Assembly (NCBI RefSeq): GCF_009914755.1
Contig: NC_060933.1
Origin: the human T2T-CHM13v2.0 reference genome, Homo sapiens
DNA: 64,000 nucleotides
Direction: 5' to 3' (one strand)
In this document: positions 60,491-64,000 of the stretch, in pieces
Numbering within the stretch: position 1 is the first letter of the stretch
Layout: every line of letters starts with the position of its first letter
Position numbers and translations under genes: made by a program
Notes under the pieces: generated by a model
What the model was told of the DNA's origin: nothing
Seen by the model: only the letters and a program-made list of their open reading frames with translations
Database searches by the model: none

Positions 60491-63419
60491 GGACACTGTC
60501 TTGAACCCGGTGTCCTGGATTTCTGCTGGCTTGGAGGCATCTCGTGTCTGTTGTGTCGCTTGCATGTCTTTGTGTTTTCCTTATTTCAAACCACACTCGG
60601 TATTGATGCAAAGTTACAGGCTTGTGTACGTGAGAGAAACTGAAAACTCATCACAGAGCAGAATCCCTTTTCCCTTTCAATCAGCTGCGTCTGTAATAGA
60701 AGTAAAAGTTGTTTTTTTTTTTTTTTCCAGTAGGGAATGGGGATGAAGGTTTGGAAGGACCCACAAAAGAGGAGTGTGATGAATGCTTTGTATTCTAGTA
60801 CTAGCCTACCTGTCACCAGTTCTTTTTATGTCTTCATTTGTCAAGTTTCTGCTTTTACACGGTAGTTTAAGTTATAAATAATCAGGGATTTCTACCACAG
60901 GGTTTTAACATTCTTGAAATGTGGACAAACTTGGGAGTGAGTGCTCCCGCGCTTAGTAATGGAATACAGCCTCCCACCTCTATTTCAGCTTCAGTTCTTA
61001 GGCTAGGCTGCTTTTCTGGCAGCTGTCTGGCCTGAGTAATGATGGTTGTGGTTTCCCTGAAGTTCCCAGCGGAGAGTCATCCCATGATAGAAACTGCCTT
61101 GCGCTTCTCACTCACGCTCTCAGCCCGGGGAATCCCAGCGGGGAGGAGGGAGGGAGGTCGTTTTCTTCAGCTCCCCAGATGGTCTGTGCTGGGTGTGCTG
61201 ACGGTCCTTTTGGGAAAACAGGTCCACCTTTGCCAGCGTAATTCAGAAAGAGATGTAATTTTCTGAGAGCACACACCTGGGCAGGAGATCGCTTGAAGTG
61301 AGAAATTCGTAGTGGTAAATGTATTTGTAGCAAAGTACCACTGCATATCCTGCTTGAGAGGATGAAATTTGATTATTTAGTAAGTTTTCATGAACAACTC
61401 CACTTCAGTGTGGGGATTACGCAGATGAGCAAGAGCGTGGCTCTGTCACACAGTCCCGTTGGGAAAGCCTGCAACTCATTAAGAATCCGATGAGTGCCAT
61501 TTAGAAATGTGGACAGGGTACTGGAGCTTCCTCATTGTGGGGAGATGGCAGAAGCGGAGGTGCTTTACTAAAGCACCGGTGGCTTTTGAGGTGTTTCTTG
61601 TGTTTTTTTCAGAACTACTTCTGCAGTGGGGCCACTTTATTTCTTTTCAGAGCTACTTATGCAGATTGATGAAGGGGAACTTTCCCCTCTGAAATGCTGC
61701 TGTAACTTTTTCAGTACCATCCAGATATTATAATACTGAATGAGCCCCTACTCCTGCCAGTCACTGTGGGGGATACAAAGATGAACAAGATTCAATTTCT
61801 GCATTTAGGGGTCTAGTGGACCTGAAACTGTTAGACTTTACTCTGCAATATGTGTCGGGATTCCTGAGACTGAGGGAGGGAATGTATGATGCCGATGCAC
61901 ACTCTGCAATACAGAAATTTAGCAAAGAGTGGGATTGGTCCTATATGCATTCCCTTCAGGGGATTCTTGCTGGGAATAAAGGGCATTTGAACAGTTACCT
62001 CACCCGAGCAAGCCACTATAGAAAATGGGGCCAGTAATGCGCCCACCTCACCGGGCTGAGTGAGGTCTGAATGAAATGACAGAGAGTACAAGGCATGTGG
62101 TGGATGCTACGTAAATGGTGGTAGCTAGTAATAGGAACAAAACGGGTGCTGAAAACTCTTAAGTGTTGGGTCCTGGGTTGATAAGGGAGGTGAGATCTAA
62201 AGATACAAGTAGGAGGTGCCAGGTAGGTGTCCAGGAAAAAACTGAAAGAGTTGTTGTTCACACTCTGTTAAAAGGCCTTGAAGGCCATAACGAAGCTTTG
62301 GGTGGGGGGAAGTCAGAAATCCCTCATGTATTAAATGACTTGACTTTCCCTACAAAAGAAGCGAACCAGTTTCCCAGTAAACATCCCACCCCATAACTAT
62401 TTTTGAGGCATTCATAGGCTTAAGACCAATGAATTTTTACATCACCCCCGGGGGAATTGCATTTGCAATGACTTCTGCCTACATTTAACTTTTGATCTAG
62501 TTCTTTGTACACTGACAAAAGTTCACAGCCAACCATTTCTCTTCAGGACAAGTGTGAGAACTTTCTGCATACTGCTGAAGGCAAGGGAGATTTTGAGTTT
62601 AGCAAGGTTTTCTCTCCTTAAGAAGGTTATCTTTTTACGAGACACAAGTTATTGAAACTAGGCGGGGCCACTTTAGTCCTGTGTACAATAATATGTGTAG
62701 TAATATAAATAGTAATTTAAAAAGTCATGCAGACTTGGTTGGGGAGAGGCATGAAGTTTGGGTGTGGTGGGGGCGGGGTGAAGCGGTAGAAGGGTTCGCA
62801 ATCACTGCTGAAACTTTCAACATATTCTACCAACAATATGAGCCACCAGGGAATTCCTTGCCTCATCTCTAGAACGAATCCCATTAAGCAGTTGTGGCTA
62901 CAGATGAATTTATCTAGGTTGAGAGCTGATTCCCAATAACATGCCTCATTGATTTGACTCTAAGCAGTAATCAGGGGCCCAACAGTTGTTGGACCAACCA
63001 GCCTTGATTTTCCAGAGAAGGTGATTTGGTATATGGTAGTGTCTGAGGGTGAGATTGCCCCAGATGGGAGTGGAGGGAAGCAGAACAGTTTTCTCTGGTG
63101 TTTTACTGAGTTTTTGTCTTGATCCTAAATCCAAGGGTTAGGGTCAGAAACACAGACTCAGAGGTTAGATTTAACACCCATTTAGTGGGTTAAACACATC
63201 AATGGTTATGTGAACTTTGTTAAGGTTTAAAAAGCTATTTAGGGCCTGTTTCTCCCTCATAGGAATTTTTGCAATCAGCCTTTTTAGTAGATGCCCATAT
63301 AGAAAGTGAATTTGGGAGGGTCTAAGGTGGTATTACTATTAAACTTTTTGAAAAGGCTGTGTGATAGCAATGGAAAAAAAAATTCAGGCATGGAAATCCA
63401 ATATGCAGTATTGCAGTAG

Positions 63420-63632
<213 letters not shown>

Positions 63633-64000
63633 TAGGAAAGCAGTTGAGCTAGTATGCTGCATACATTGTAGTGTGAGAGGCAGAGTTCCGAGTTGGAGAG
63701 TGTCTGCTTCCACTTTTTCCATTTGATTAGGAAAAGCACTTCTTAGAACTGGGTGACTGACAGCTAGAGCCCCAGAAGACCTGCACAAGCTGGGGCAATG
63801 GCTACCCATAACAGTGACGGCTCCATTCTGTTTTTTAAAGGGATTGGTGTCTCTATCATCCAGCTGGCCATTAAACAACCAAAGCTTCATCATCCTAGAT
63901 AACCTGTGAGCTCTCAGAGGAGACAGAGTAAGGACTATCATACCCCCAAAATACCTAATCATTTAATAAAGCATTTTCTCTACCTTTTATGCTATCCCAA

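Overview
Human genomic DNA, very Alu-rich, covering the 5' region of TJP2 (tight junction protein ZO-2) on the + strand. The anchor is the exon 60173-60232, which encodes [20 protein letters not shown], the N-terminus of ZO-2 isoform A, and ends at a GTAAGT donor. There are two CpG-island promoters. The distal one (~12.1-13.8 kb) has a non-coding first exon ending at a GC donor (AG|GCAAGT, 13100/13101). The proximal one is at ~59.5-60.5 kb. Between them lie a 121-nt exon (37782-37902) and an ATG-bearing exon (CDS 31836-31951) that the ORF track misses. Spliced together, these two exons give a stop-free 79-aa alternative N-terminus (MRYKKYIGILEAAVGITPLNK...HGPRCQ) in phase 0 with the TJP2 body. 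From memory it resembles the alternative N-terminus of the paralog TJP1/ZO-1. This is the most interesting signal in the window. The rest is interspersed repeats: dozens of Alus including a pristine AluYd8, LTR8/MER4/MER21/THE1/MLT1 LTRs, MER5/MER20/MER3/MER102/MADE1, and L1/L2/MIR fragments. Almost all ORFs in the supplied track are Alu or GC-rich artefacts. Repeat family names and boundaries are by eye, and comparisons with reference annotation are from memory and unverified.
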